A DNA stretch of 64,000 bases. Origin: Callorhinchus milii (lineage: Eukaryota). Below, in pieces: positions 11,101 through 23,692 of this stretch. Every line of letters begins with the position of its first letter. Positions within the stretch are counted from its first letter, which is position 1. The position numbers and the translations under genes were made by a program. The DNA is taken from NCBI RefSeq assembly GCF_018977255.1, contig NW_024704743.1:86554001-86618000 (forward strand), given 5' to 3'. The notes under the pieces are model-generated. The model saw only the letters and a list, made by a program, of their open reading frames with translations, ran no database searches and was not told where the DNA came from.

Positions 11101-13129
11101 AGGAAATAACACGATGACAACATTTCGAAACAAGATTAAAATGTTCAACGCTCGGGATGTTTCTTTGTCTACTGTACGTATAGTTTGTCTACTTTGTCTT
11201 CTTTGTATATTCTGATTGAGATGTAAAGTAGTTTAAATTCTTTTTCTTGCTTGCTGCTGTGTGATTAGCTCTGAGTTACCAGGTGGAATTCACAGCAAAG
11301 TGATCACAAGTCTTCTGGAAGGGCTTTGGGTAACTCAACACTTTTCTCTCATTCACAGTGGGAGAAGAAGTATTTATTTATTTAACATTAAATTGGCTAC
11401 ACACACTTCATAACTCATCTATGAATCGATGCAAACTGCACTCTGCAAACACCAACGCTGGATCTGATAGAAACTCAGAATTTACTCTGTGTGGTCCAAG
11501 TCACGGTATGGGTGGGGGGGGGCAGGGGGTTACATTGGAGCTCTGCTTTCAACACTGTCTAAGCCAACACCAGCTCAAAGATCAGCATGGCACTTCCTAA
11601 AGCTAGCAGCGATACACAGCACATTGCTGCCTAACCCAGCCTGTCCACTAAGTGGGGCTTTAACACTTTTGTTGGTGACTTGCAGTTCATTCATTCTTTG
11701 ATGTCTGCAATTTTACTTCTCCATTGGGATTGAAAAAGAGAGATTACATCGTGGGAAGGGGTGAAAAATGTACTGCATACTTTTTCACATCACATAGGCA
11801 TTCTTCATTCCAATAAGATAGCAAACGTTTTGATATTGCAGAGGTTTTATTTATTTTTGTTTGGTTAGTTGGGTGTTGGACACATGCGGAAATCCATCAC
11901 CATACTTCAGAGTGTGCAAACCAGACACGTTCCATGTATGCAATGGGATGGACATTTCCTTGTGTTTGGAATGGAATGTAAACTATTTCCCTAATTTAGG
12001 GGATTATTAGGCACATGGTACTAAAAACCAAGGTTTGGGGATCTCAGATTGTATGTTGGGGTACTACTGGAACTTTACCACCTAAAACTACTTGGCTTGC
12101 TATTGAGAGCACTGTCTGGGAAGCTTCCCACTGGAACCAATCTACCGATTAACGCAATGGATTACAGGGTTAACAGGTGCTAAATTGAAAAAAATTCTTA
12201 TTGTAAAAGCACATAAATAAGAAAAAACTAACCTACCTTACCACAGTCTAAATTCAGTTCACCTTCTCTACTATTGGGTGAAAAATCAGCCTTTTGGGAA
12301 CCCTGCTTCACGATGATAAAAAGAGACAATATTGAAGGATTGGAAAGCAATGTCAATCTGAACACTTGGCTGCCATAAGTGAGCAATTCCTTTGGTAACT
12401 ATACTGACACCTCTTGCTTAAAACACAAAAGACGAGAAAGACTTTTACAGTCTATATTCATATTGAAAAGCAAGATCAAGCAAGATTTTCCTTGGCTGCT
12501 CCAAAGTACATTTCCTAAACCACCTCAAACCATCTGAACTCACATCATCTAGGTTGACGCTCCAATGTAATGCTGGGTGAGCACTGCATTGTTGGAGGTG
12601 CTGTCCTTTGGCTGACATGATAAAGCAAGGTCTTGCCTGTAGTTATTCAGGTGGACTTGAAAGGTGAAGGAAGCTTCTTCCAGTGACCGAGCCAACAACC
12701 CCAAATATAATTGGGCATTCATTTCTCGGCTTTTTGTGGGACATTGCTGTTTGCAAATAGCCTCCTGTGTTTGCCTACAAATATGCAGTCACTACACTTC
12801 ATAACAAGTCTTATGAAGATGAAGCTTTGGGATGTCTTCCCAACATGGAAGGCACTATATCAAATGCTGAATTTAAACTCATGTGCACAGTTTGACCATT
12901 CTGCACCAATGATTAGGAAATGTTGCATGTGCAGCGGAGAAAGGAATTTTTCAAATTTGCACCACCTTCACAACAAAAATGTTGTTTTGGGTCAGCTTGT
13001 CTCAATTGATAGCACTTCCACCTCTATGTCTGAAGCTTGTGGATTCATGAGTTCATAGTTTAGGCTGGCATTCTAGGCGGAGGTGCTGTTCTTCAGAAGA
13101 GAATTCAAACCAAAGTAATATCTACTAAT

Positions 13130-13432
13130 TAATAATCCTTGCATTTGATATAGTGCTTTTCACGTCTTTGAGATGTCTCAAAGTGCTTCACAGAATATAC
13201 TGTAAAGGGAAATGACGGTATATTTGTGAGCGAAACGCGATAGCCAATTGTGCACAGTCGTGTCCCGCAAACAATCGTGGATTGAGCGACCAAGTTATTA
13301 TTGTTTTTTCTTGAGGGATTATTATCAGGCGTGTGGAATATAGAAACTTGCCCAAGGTTCGCCCTGCTGAGAATCGAACCCAGGTCTCTCGCTTGCGAGG
13401 CGAGTGCTCTAATCACTGAGCTACAGGACTCC
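13130..13432 (-). mobile_element. tRNA-Ala-headed SINE, full length, nested in an older DeuSINE (~12990-13128 and ~13435-13632, + strand)
   Basis: Head GGAGTCCTGTAGCTCAGTG..GGGTTCGATTC, partial Deu domain, and tail ..GACGTGAAAAGCACTATATCAAATGCAAGGATTATT. The flanks continue an old DeuSINE. Confidence 0.85.
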
Positions 13433-13869
13433 ACTTATTAAGTAGGATGTTAGAGATGCCGTGACATATTAAGTTAACTGTAACTGTTGGATACTTCATG
13501 GCTGTGGGAAATTGCTTTGCGCAAATTGGCTGTTGCTTTCACCCACAAAACACACAGACACTACATCTTATAGAATGCCTTGTGAAGCGCATCCCACGAA
13601 AAAAAGTGCTATACCAAATGTAAGGATTATTTATTCAGCTATTATTCAAAAGGACAGGATAATTTATTCTAAAATAAATTAAAAAGACAGATTCATATTT
13701 GGATTTGATTAGAATAAAAAGTAAAAAGAATTTTGAAACAAGTGACACATACTGTGCAATATATATCTGATGGGTGAACTCAACCTCTAATGATACCAGA
13801 GTCTCGAGTGCATTATGTGTTTAACTCTGCCAGATGGATACAGTATTCACCCATAATATGAATTCTTCA

Positions 13870-14260
13870 TTTATTCACACAGCGAGTTGTTTGGATCTCG
13901 AATGCACGGCCTGAAAGGGTGGTGGAAGCCAATTCGATAGCAACTTTTAAGAGAGAAGTAAATAATTATATTGGGAGACTAGATAGTGAGTTTTGGCAGA
14001 AAGTCTCATGGTCAATGCTGTTCTCATCTAATATCCAAACAGATGCACCTCACTGATTTTCTCCCATCCAAACTAAATAGGGATTCGCATTAGAATTCAC
14101 TAACAGGGGATGAGTTGCTGATGGGGATTTCTGCTAGTAACTAGCAGGGAGTCCACCACATAATACCAGAAAGGCAGCAAAACGGGACTAAATAAACTGT
14201 TCTATCAAAGAATGAGCACAGATACGATGATCAAATTATCGCCTTCTACACAGTAAATAA
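13870..14260 (+). mobile_element. CR1 3' UTR fragments (interrupted)
   Basis: TTCACACAGCGAGTTGTT..GAATGCACGGCCTGAAAGGGTGGTGGAAGC, followed by GGGACTAAATAAA..CAAAGAA..CACAGATACGATG. Confidence 0.65.
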
Positions 14261-14269
14261 ATAAGTAAA

Positions 14270-14460
14270 TAAAAAACAATAATAAATTGTTCATTTTCGA
14301 TCCACGACTGTTTGTGGAACACTGTTGTGCGCAATTGGCTGCCATTTCGCCCACAAATATATACTGTCAATTCACTTTACAGTTATTCTGTGAAGCGCCT
14401 TGAGACGTCTAGAAGACATGAAAAGTGCTATATCAAATGCAAGGATTATTATTATTATAA
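14270..14460 (+). mobile_element. tRNA-Ala SINE family, 3' half (TAGAA loop)
   Basis: CCACGACTGTTTGTGG..GCGCAATTGGCTGCC..GAGACGTCTAGAAGACATGAAAAGTGCTATATCAAATGCAAGGATTATT. Confidence 0.85.
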
Positions 14461-14579
14461 ATGCCTATGGTTTTATAGGGATTCCCGTGAGTCAGCTGTG
14501 ATTTGCTTCTTACAGGTAAGATGTTTAGTTAGTGACTGAATTGCTACTAATGATTCCGTTTTGTCAAAAACTAAGTTAG

Positions 14580-15340
14580 AACAACAACAGCAGCAAAATT
14601 ACATTTGTATAGCGCCTTTCACGTCGGGAGGACGTCCCAAAGCGCTGGACAGTCAGAGTTTTGGACTCGAGCTGGGGGTTGGGATAGGCGAGGGTAGAAG
14701 GTATTGGGTAAGCAGGGTAATCAAAAGCATGGTCAAAGAGTAGGGTCTTGAGGTAGGTTTTGAATGAGGCAAGGGAGGGGGCAAGGTGGACGTGAAAGGC
14801 GCTCTATAAATGGAATCTTGTTGTTGTTGGAGGGGATGCGGGATGGAGTTCCAGAGGGTGGGAGAGTGGCAGAAGGCCCGCCGGCCAATAGTGAGGCGAG
14901 GGAGGCAGGGGATGTGAAGCAGGCTGGAGCCCGCTGAGCAGAGTTAGCGAGCAGGATGGTAGAGGGTTAGGAGATCATAGAGGGAGGGGGGAGCAAGACC
15001 ATGGAGCGCATTGAAGGTGAGGACCAGGATCTTGAACTGTATCCTCTGTGTGAAGGGGAGCCAGTGGAGTCAGGCAAGGATGTTGATCATAGGGTCATGG
15101 AGCCTGGTGCAGGAGAGGACACGGGATGCAGAGTTCTGAATGATCTGCAGCCTATGGACGGAGGAGTTGGGGAGGCTGACAAGCAAGGAGTTTGCATTGT
15201 CAAGCCTTGATGTAATGAAAGCATGTATGAGGGTTTTGGCGGCCTGTGGTGTGAGACAATGGCGGAGCCGGGCGATGTTATGGAGGTGGGGGAAGGCAGA
15301 GCAGATCATGGCACAGGTGTGGGGTAGAAAGGATAGTTGA
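14580..15340 (-). mobile_element. L2 LINE, 5'-truncated (CTCCC loop), containing a ~40-nt antisense L2 tail insertion at 14790-14829
   Basis: ORF HLHNIARLRHCLTPQAAKTLIHAFITSRLD and tail hairpin. Internal CGTGAAAGGCGCTCTATAAATGGAATCTTGTTGTTG is flanked by TGGA repeats. Confidence 0.9.
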
Positions 15341-15444
15341 AGAAAGAAGATTTATTTCTACTAAAATGCACATCTAGCAGTATTACAGAGGCTCTGCCTC
15401 TACCTGTTCAGGTGAATATTAAACACCCAAAGGATTATTCAAGG

Positions 15445-15665
15445 GAATATAGGAACAGGAGTAAGCCATTCAGCCCCTCCAAACTGTTCTGCCATTCTTA
15501 GATCATGGCTGATCTGTAACTCAACTCCAATTACCCAGCTCTGCTCTGTATCCCTTGATACCCTTACCTAACAAACATCTATTGATCTCAGTCTTGAATT
15601 GATCCAGCATCCACAGTCTTTTGGGGGGAGAGAGTTTCAGACTTCCGCCATCCTATGTGTGAAAA
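15445..15665 (-). mobile_element. CR1 3' end (second subfamily), splitting an old DeuSINE
   Basis: ATAGGAACAGGAGTAAGCCATTCAGCCC..GATCATGGCTGATCT; a similar copy lies at ~20275-20600. Confidence 0.65.
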
Positions 15666-15959
15666 TTAAAAAAAAAGAAGTTTCTACGGGTATCCCAACC
15701 ATCACTCCCCCAGATAATATTGATTAATCGCTTCATAACTGGTGCTGCTGTATTTGTCTACAAAAATACCACGGTCAATCATTACTTTGCATTAAACCCT
15801 GAGAAACACTTTGAAACATTTTAACAACGTGATTAGACATTATAACAAATCTAATCATTATTATTATAATTAATTTTCCTCCACATAAAAATTGATCAAT
15901 TACCTCATTGCTGCTTGTGGAACGTTTGCTATGCGCAAAATCTAAAAAATTGTATTTCC

Positions 15960-16330
15960 AAAGACAAGGTCTATTTTCATTGGAACAGAGAGGTTGAGGG
16001 AAGACACGATAGATGTCTTTAAAGTAATCAAGAGCTTTGATAGTGTAGATAGGGAAACATTATTTCCACTGGTCAGTGAGTCAGTGATTAGAGGACATTA
16101 ATCAAAGATATTGGCTAAGGAAGATTAGGAGATTTTTATATAGTTGTTAGGATGTGGAATGCATGCTGGGGGCAATGTTGGAGGCAGAATCCATAACTAG
16201 ATATATAGCTAAAGAGGAAAACTGTATTGGTATGGGGGGAAAGGCAGCAAAGTGGGACTAAATAAATTGTTCTTTCAAAGAGCCATCACAGATACGGTGG
16301 ACAAATTATCGCCTTCAACACTGTAAATAT
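15960..16330 (+). mobile_element. CR1 3' fragment
   Basis: LFSLEQRG.REDTIDVFKVIKSFDSVDRETLFPLV-like coding remnant, followed by a CR1 3' UTR. Confidence 0.75.
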
Positions 16331-17019
16331 CTATTTACTTTTGCCTACAAAAAACAGTAATTACTGTCAAGTGTATTTCAATATTTGTCATGAGGAGTGA
16401 CTAGTGAGGAATAAGTACAGAAAGTTACATAGATATTTAGTGCTGATTTTCCAGTGTGGACAATGCAAGTGTTAACTGCCAGAAAAATAAATTTGACCTC
16501 CAAAAACAATTCAGATCAAATAGTTAAGTGTCAACAGTTACAAAATATGAAACAGCTAGTTTTTAGAATGCAAATTAAAACCTTTCTGATCTTATTAGTT
16601 TAGTTGAAAACAAAAACATAAGTGAAAAGATTCAAACACACGCAAAATAGTTGACAAAAAATGTTTGGGAAGAAAGTTTAAGAAAGTCCAAATTCTTCTG
16701 GAATTGTTTTTTATTTTTATTCAAAATATACAAACTAAACATTGCATCTCAATTATCACACTGAGTTTCAATGTTAAAGTTAGACAAATAAAATTGTGGC
16801 TTGGAAAAAAGGTGCTGAGGGGATACTCAGTTCGTGCATGTGCCTGTTTGCTTGACCAACACAAATAAGCAATGGCTTCGAAAAGCATGATTGATAACTT
16901 GCTATTGCTTAACCAGGAAACTTTATCTTACAGCTGACAAAGATGACAAATACTCCGTTAATAGTGCCACATAATTTGTTTCATGCCAATTTTCCCCTCT
17001 CCTGCCTGAAGGTAGCAAC

Positions 17020-18842
17020 TCTTACTGCCAAGTGCGAGGAGGTCATGGACTTCTTTTCATCTGAAGTTCACAACGTCCGCCAGGCAGTCTCATCCACCTG
17101 CCTTTTGCCACCCACCACCATGCCCTCTCTGTCCCTGTCACCCTCCCCATCATCTGCTCCTACCACCACCCCCATCCTACATTCCTTCTTCCCCATCTCT
17201 CCCTCCTCCCTCTCACCCACCATCACTTCCATGAAACCCACCATCTGCTGCCTCGACCCCCTCCCCACCAACTTACTGGTCACCCAGCTCCCACTCCTCT
17301 GCCCACTACTGGCTGACGTCATCAACCAGTCCCTCTCCTCCAGATCAGTCCCTGCCCTCCTCAAAACTGCTTTCATCACCCCCCTCCTCAAAAAACCTCC
17401 CTAAATCCCTCAAACCTCAGCCACTACCATCCCATTTCTAACCTGCCCTTCCTTGCAAACGTCTTAGCCAATCAAATTTGCGCACACCTCTCCTCCCACT
17501 CCCTCTTCGAACCCCTCCAGTCCAGTTTCCGCCCTGCCCACAGTACAGAGACTGCGCTTGTGAAAGTCACAAACGACATCCTCTCTATCTGTGACCAGAG
17601 CTCCCTCTGCCTCCTTGTCCTCCTGGACCTCTCCACCATGTGCAACATAGTCGATCACGCCATCATCCTCCACCGCCTTTCCTCCGTCATCCACCTCAGT
17701 GAGACCGCAATCACCTGGTTCGAGTCCTACCTCACAAACCGCCAGCAGTACATCTGCACAAATGGCTTCTCCTCCCACTCTCACCCAGTTACCTGCAGGG
17801 TACTCCAAGGATCCATCCTTGGCCCCCTCCTCTTTCTGATCTACATGCTCCCTCTTGGAGATGTCATCCGCAGATATGGGGTATATTTCCACATGTATGC
17901 GGATGACACCCAACTCTATTTTTCCAACTCTCTTTGTGACCCCCAATCCCCTAATGTTCTGTCAGCCTGCCTGACAGATCTCATGGGCTGGAGGAGCGCA
18001 AATTTCCTTCAGCTGAATATTGACAAGACAGAAGCCATACTCTTTGGCTCTCATCAACGTCTAAAATCTCACAGTTCTCACCTCCTCTACCTACCCGACC
18101 TCCCCTTAAAACTCTCCGAACCTGAACGTAACCTAGGCGTCAGGTTTGACCCCCAATTATCCTTCCTCCCCCACATCCGATCCTTCACCAGCACTGCCTT
18201 CTTCCACCTCTGACACATCGCCCATCTCTGCCAATACCTCACTCCGAAAGCTGCTGAAACCCTGGTCCATGCCTTTGTCACCTCTCGGCTGAACTATTCA
18301 AATGCCCTCCTCGCCGGTCTCCCCTCCACTACCATTCATAAAATCCAAATTATTCAAAACTCTGCCGCCCGAATTCTCATCCGTTCCCCGATTACCCCAG
18401 TCCTTGCCAGACTGCACTGGCTCCCTGTCCCAGAGAGGATCGATTTCAAGATCCTCACCCTTGTCTTCAAATCTCTGCACTCCTCTGGACCCCCCTACCT
18501 CTCTGACCTCCTCCCTCCTCAAAACAGTGCCTGTTGCCTTCATTCCTCCAGGTATGGCCTTCTCCTTGTCCTCCGAGTCCTCCGCTCCACCCTCGGCGGC
18601 CATACCTTCAGCCACTATATCCCGAGGCTCTGGAACTCTCTTCTGCATTCCCTTCGCCTCGTTCCTTCTCTTCCTACTTTCAAGTCTCTGCTGAAGACCT
18701 TTCTTTTCGACCGTGTCTTTGGTCACCTTCCTCCCCGTCCCCCTGGCTCGGCCCCGGGATCTGTTACTGTGAAGCACTCTGAGACGCCGTCCGGCGTGGA
18801 GGGCACTATATAAATCCAAGTTGTTTTTGTTGTTGTTGTTAT
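17020..18842 (+). mobile_element. L2 LINE (GTCC-loop subfamily), 5'-truncated, with RT domain
   Basis: ORFs ..LDPLPT..LKTAFITPLLKKP and [35 protein letters not shown]. Tail GAGACGCCGTCCGGCGTGGAGGGCACTATATAAATCCAAG(TTG)n. Several stops. Confidence 0.95.
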
Positions 18843-20274
18843 TGGGTATGATTCCATGGACAATGACTGCTTGAGGTGTTGTGCCCCCCCACCCCCACTC
18901 CATCCAAGTGACGATTTATTGTCTGTGAGCAGTTCACAGCAGTTTGGTGCTATCCTCACCCAAAGTCCAGATACGTGCAATTTTCAACAAAGGTCACTGC
19001 TGCAACCTTGACTGCTTATCCTCTTCCTAACCCAGAAACAGTAAAGCCAATTGTACAAAACTCAGTCTGGAGCGGGAAACAATTTGCAACTTTCTGTTGC
19101 ATGGTTTAATGCTTCACATAGTAGACTCATCAGAGGTGTAGATGAAAGGAGGCTGGAGTACTATAATCTTCACTAAAACTCTGAGATATAAAACTATAAA
19201 TATCCATGAAAAGTATATTTGTCAACTGGTCAAATTAAATTATAGGGGACTTCTTACCAAATTGAATCCATGTGTCTATCCTCTGAAGGATCAGCCAAAC
19301 ATGAAATTCTGTATTCGATGTGTATCTTATTATTGTGCCAAATTAGTTCTGTCATTACAGATATCAGAAACTTAGATTTATCAACTTTATTGAATACATC
19401 CCCTTGAAGACCTTATTGGTGGGAATACAATGTCTACTCAGTCCCAGAGTGTTCGCTGCTGCAGACACATGGTTGTTTCACACAATTCCACAGAGCAGCA
19501 GGAGCACCCATCTGAAATGTTTCCATATGTTTCATGATGCGAGTTGAGTGAGGTTTCATTTGAAGACTCTATTGACCATAGATTCGTACAGGCTGGTCAA
19601 TTCCAGTTCTCATCTGGGTGCTGACTCCTACATCCTTCCCTGACTTACCTACATGTGTCTCTGGAGCACATCTTATAACTAATGGGCTGTACCAACCTTT
19701 TCTAAGATGCAATCCCCAAATCTGTCCTGACAAGATATTTGCACCCTTTTTTATTCTTTCTTTAGTGTTAATCAATAAAGAAAGCCTTTTATTGAGTTCC
19801 ACAAATTTGTTGACAACACCCCTACCTTACTGTGTTCCCTGTTTCGTAAATGAATCACTCTTCTCGGTTAACCAATTTGAATGTTGAATTCAAATTTGAA
19901 TGTATTTCTGCATAAAGAAATACATAAACTTCTTGCTATTTATCCTAAAATTGGCTTTTGCAACCCTGAACCTGTGCCCCCTTGTTCCGCTGCCTTGGCA
20001 CTCCCCTTATCCAAGAGTTTTGGCTGCGCTGGTTGTGAGGCACAGACGGAGGCTGGCAATATAACGGATCTGCACAAATGTTAAACAAGTGTCTGCCCCA
20101 TATGCCAAATAGTGAACAATGTTTCAAATATTTTCTAGCACTGTTTTCAAATAGTCCCAGGTCTGATTGTATCTCTGGGAGTTATGGATATTATGGTCTA
20201 AGGGCCAGTTTCTCGGATTCGGTTGCCATTCATTTCTTTTGCTGGAGTTTGTGAAGTCAACACACACGATGGGA

Positions 20275-20600
20275 GCATAGGAAAATAGGAACAGGAGGAT
20301 GCAGTTCAGCCTATTGAGCCTGTTCCATCAGTTTATTAGATCTTAGATTTTTTTTAATCCCAGTGCCCTGCCCCTTTATTTCAAGGCAGTATCTTCCACA
20401 TCTTCCAGCTCTCTGTGTGAAGAAATGCTTCCTAACCGCAGTTCTAATTTTCTTAGTTCTGATTTTAAGTCTACACCCTTTGTAATGGATCACTGTACAC
20501 AAGGAACGAGTTGTTCATTATCTAACCTGTCAATTCCTTTCTTATTTTAAATCAAATCATCCCTTAACCTCCACTGCTCTAACGAATATAAAACCAATCT
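20275..20600 (-). mobile_element. CR1 3' fragment
   Basis: ORF ..KIRTAVRKHFFTQR.. and CATAGGAAAATAGGAACAGGAG tail. Confidence 0.7.
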
Positions 20601-20668
20601 ATCCACCAGTAAGTAGGCGCTCATTCTATGAAGACATAAGCTTCTCGGTGAGGATGTAACATAAGGTT

Positions 20669-20990
20669 GGAGTCCTGTAGCTCAGTGGTTAGAGCACTCG
20701 CTTTGCAAGCGAGAGACCTGAGTTCAATTCCAGGCAGGGCGAAACCTTGGGCAAGTTTCCTTACTCCACACGCCTAATAATAATCCCTCCAAAACCAAAA
20801 ACAATAATAAAATTGGTCATTTTCAATCTACGACTGTTTGTGGGACATTGCTGTGCGCAATTGGCTGCCGCGTTCGCCCACAATATACAGTCAATTCACT
20901 TTACAGTGTGTTCTGTGAAGCGCTTTGGGACGTCCTCCCGACTTGAAAAGCGCTATATCAAATGCAAGGATTATTATTATTATTATTATT
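20669..20990 (+). mobile_element. Young tRNA-Ala-headed SINE, full length (CTCCC loop)
   Basis: A box TAGCTCAGTGG, anticodon arm CTCGC-TTTGCAA-GCGAG, B box GAGTTCAATTCC, Deu remnant, L2-like hairpin and (TTA)n. Confidence 0.93.
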
Positions 20991-22869
20991 AAGTTAATAA
21001 ACTTCATTATTTATATATATAAAACAAATTTCCCTTAAATGTAACAGATAATGAATTAATAAAGGAAGTGTTTTAACCATAGGAATGAAGCTATGATGTA
21101 GAAGACGTCATTCAACTCACTGTATTGGTGTGTTTGCTGCTGCAGTAAAGATATGTATCGTCGTCCTCATTTCCTGTTTTTTCCCCATTCCACATCTAAT
21201 AGATTCCCTCCACATGTGAAAAATAAATTATGGTAAAAGAGCAAGGATTTTTAAATCTTTCTTCAAAATAATAACATGCTGTTTTAAAAGTGCATTTGTT
21301 TTAAATCGTCCCTTAATGGTGTTCCCTAGCCTTTGCATTCCTAGGATTTTAAGAGCCTCTTTTGTCATGAAGAGAATATTATAAGTTTTAAAACTTTTCA
21401 TTTGAATTCAGCTCGGAGGATTCATACTTTCTTCTTCCTGATCGTGGAACCGCCCTGTTTATTCTGCAAGGCAGTTTTTGCCAAGTGTTGTCAGAAAAGA
21501 ATCTCATTGCCAGGGTGCCTATTGTGGGTCTTAATTTCCATTCCAGACTTATTTTTATTGTGAAACATTAGACGAGAAGAGCCAAAATCTTAGTTGAAGT
21601 CTGAGATCGAAAAGTATAGTAAAGAAAATAAGCAGTCAAGGAATAAAGGAAGAAAAAAGCAAAGTATCTAGTCTTGAGGACCCGAAGATAATGAATTAGA
21701 GTAGCAGAGAATAAACAACAATTTAATTCATGTCAATCTCTCAAAGTTTATAGGGATGATGTGGATCACAGATAAAACAGGGAGATTGAGAATGCTGACA
21801 AAAGCCCTGTCAAAGCAATTTATACATATAAAAATAGGAGGATTTTGTCAAGTGTGCTTATAAAACAGTCAATGCATGTGAGGGAACTACATTCAAAGCG
21901 CTTTGACATGGTATGGTCCAAGCTAGCAGTTGACTAGGATAAACTGATGTCAAAATTTCCATGTGTGAAAACTCAGAAGACACTGGAATTTTCAAAAGAA
22001 AATACTGAGACTGTTCCTGCTAGTGCTGCATCTTAAATGTTGCTCATAGTGTAGCTGGAGATCCCGTGTAAACCTAGCAGAACAGCTTGACATACAAAAT
22101 CACAGGAGCCTACCTAGTTCCCAGTACAGCTTTCAGAACAACTGCTGGGAATCGGTTTGCAGCACGCCAGACAAGTCTGTGTGTATCCCCTCCTCTCTAC
22201 CCTAAGGAGATTGTCAAGAAATTTGCAAGAAAAATGAGCCGCTAAGTACTATGGCCAAGTAATTATTCCCATAAAATAATGTGTCGAGAGACAATAGTTT
22301 GTTTTGTTCGGTGCTGAGGCTGACAAGAAAATTAATGTTTTGACAGATTGTCTTGATCATTATCTAAATGGGAGAGTTGGAATCTGAAAGTTGACGCTCT
22401 CAAACACGAGAGACTGCAACTACTTCAGATAAAAGAGAGAACAGCAAAAGTTGTAATACAAGTAGACAAAAGCTGGAAATGCCTAGTATGTTCATCAATG
22501 TCTGAAAGGGAACAAGGTTATCATCTCCAATGTAACCCTCATAATAATTCTTTAATTTGAAATGGTTCCTATTATGGTAAAATATCTCCTAACATTTATA
22601 ATGCTGAAATATCTCCAAACACTCCACATAATTACTGTCATGTACATTGGCTGTATTTTGTAGACAAAGTGACTGTCAATTTGGGCCCAGCAAATCCCAC
22701 AAAGAGTCATGATCAATTGATCTGGAGGACTGTTGGCCAGGACACCATGAGAAACAAACAAGGAGCTAGGACACCAGAACAGGTAGATGTCTTGGATTAA
22801 TGTGTTATGCAAAGGAAGGCACCTCTGATAAAGCAACCATCCTTCATAAACAACTGAAGTGATTTGGGC

Positions 22870-23240
22870 TGGAGAGGCTATTAACTCACCTCTATTCTTA
22901 CTGGGGTGCCTCAATCGCTCATTAAGCAATTCTCCAGGTGAGTCTAAGTATGTGTAATGGGTGTCAGCAAATTAAACTATTCAACTGTGTTCAAGTATGT
23001 TAGGCGTTAAAGCTGAATTCAATCCCGTCCTGACATAATGTAATCTTCTAGCAGTGATCCTGAATAATGTTCAACACCCCCTGTCTGATCCAGTCTTTCT
23101 ACTCCAGGGACACGATAGCCAATTATAACAGCCTGATTGGTACTTTGCCTGGGTTCAGTTAACAGCCTAAACTGTGATGGACCCAAGAACTGTAAAGCTT
23201 GTATGGCTCAGTAATATACCGCTGCTACCAACTGAGGGAG
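22870..23240 (-). mobile_element. Ancient SINE-like repeat (third family; related copies ~10090-10270, 18890-19140, 48810-49120, 57115-57410)
   Basis: Shared degenerate motifs across copies, including ATCC(C/T)GTCCT(C/G)AC, CAGCAG(G/T)GATC, GCCAATT(A/G)TA and TATGGCTCAGTA, and their reverse complements. Confidence 0.5.
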
Positions 23241-23369
23241 CTTTACAAGGTAACATTAGTATTTCGAATATCCCCTGATACACAACAGAATTTTGTTTTT
23301 GCTTTTTACAGCTCCTTAATTAATTGCAAGTCTCAAAGTACGTTACCATAATTATTGTCAATTGAAGAT

Positions 23370-23692
23370 TTTTGTAGGTAGCCAATTTGCCAATTTGCAC
23401 ACAGCAAATAAACAGCCATGAAGTAAATATCGAGATTAGGGTCCCAGGAAAATCTTCCTTCATGATTTCAATTGTGTTAGAGGATCTTTAAGATCCACTT
23501 GAAGATGCAGATGGGACTTCAATTTAAGAGCTCATAGGAAATATGGAATTTTGGACACGTGGAACACTTGACAGTGAAGACTCTCCCTGCACTGCACTAG
23601 AATGTCAGCCTGGCCAGCGAGTTCAAGTCCTTATGTGGGACTTGAACTCACAACTCTTTGCCCAAATGCGAGAATACTATTAGCTGAGCTGT
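23370..23692 (-). mobile_element. Old DeuSINE
   Basis: GCCAATTTGCACACAGC..GGATCTTTAAGATCCACTTGAA..GGACTTGAACTCACAAC..GCTGAGCT. Confidence 0.7.

Noticed and set aside
20669..20745. tRNA-Ala gene (also at 13360-13432, 37705-37779, 39332-39405 and others)
   Set aside because: A/B boxes and the anticodon arm are present, but there is no acceptor stem and each runs into a SINE body and tail. These are SINE heads.
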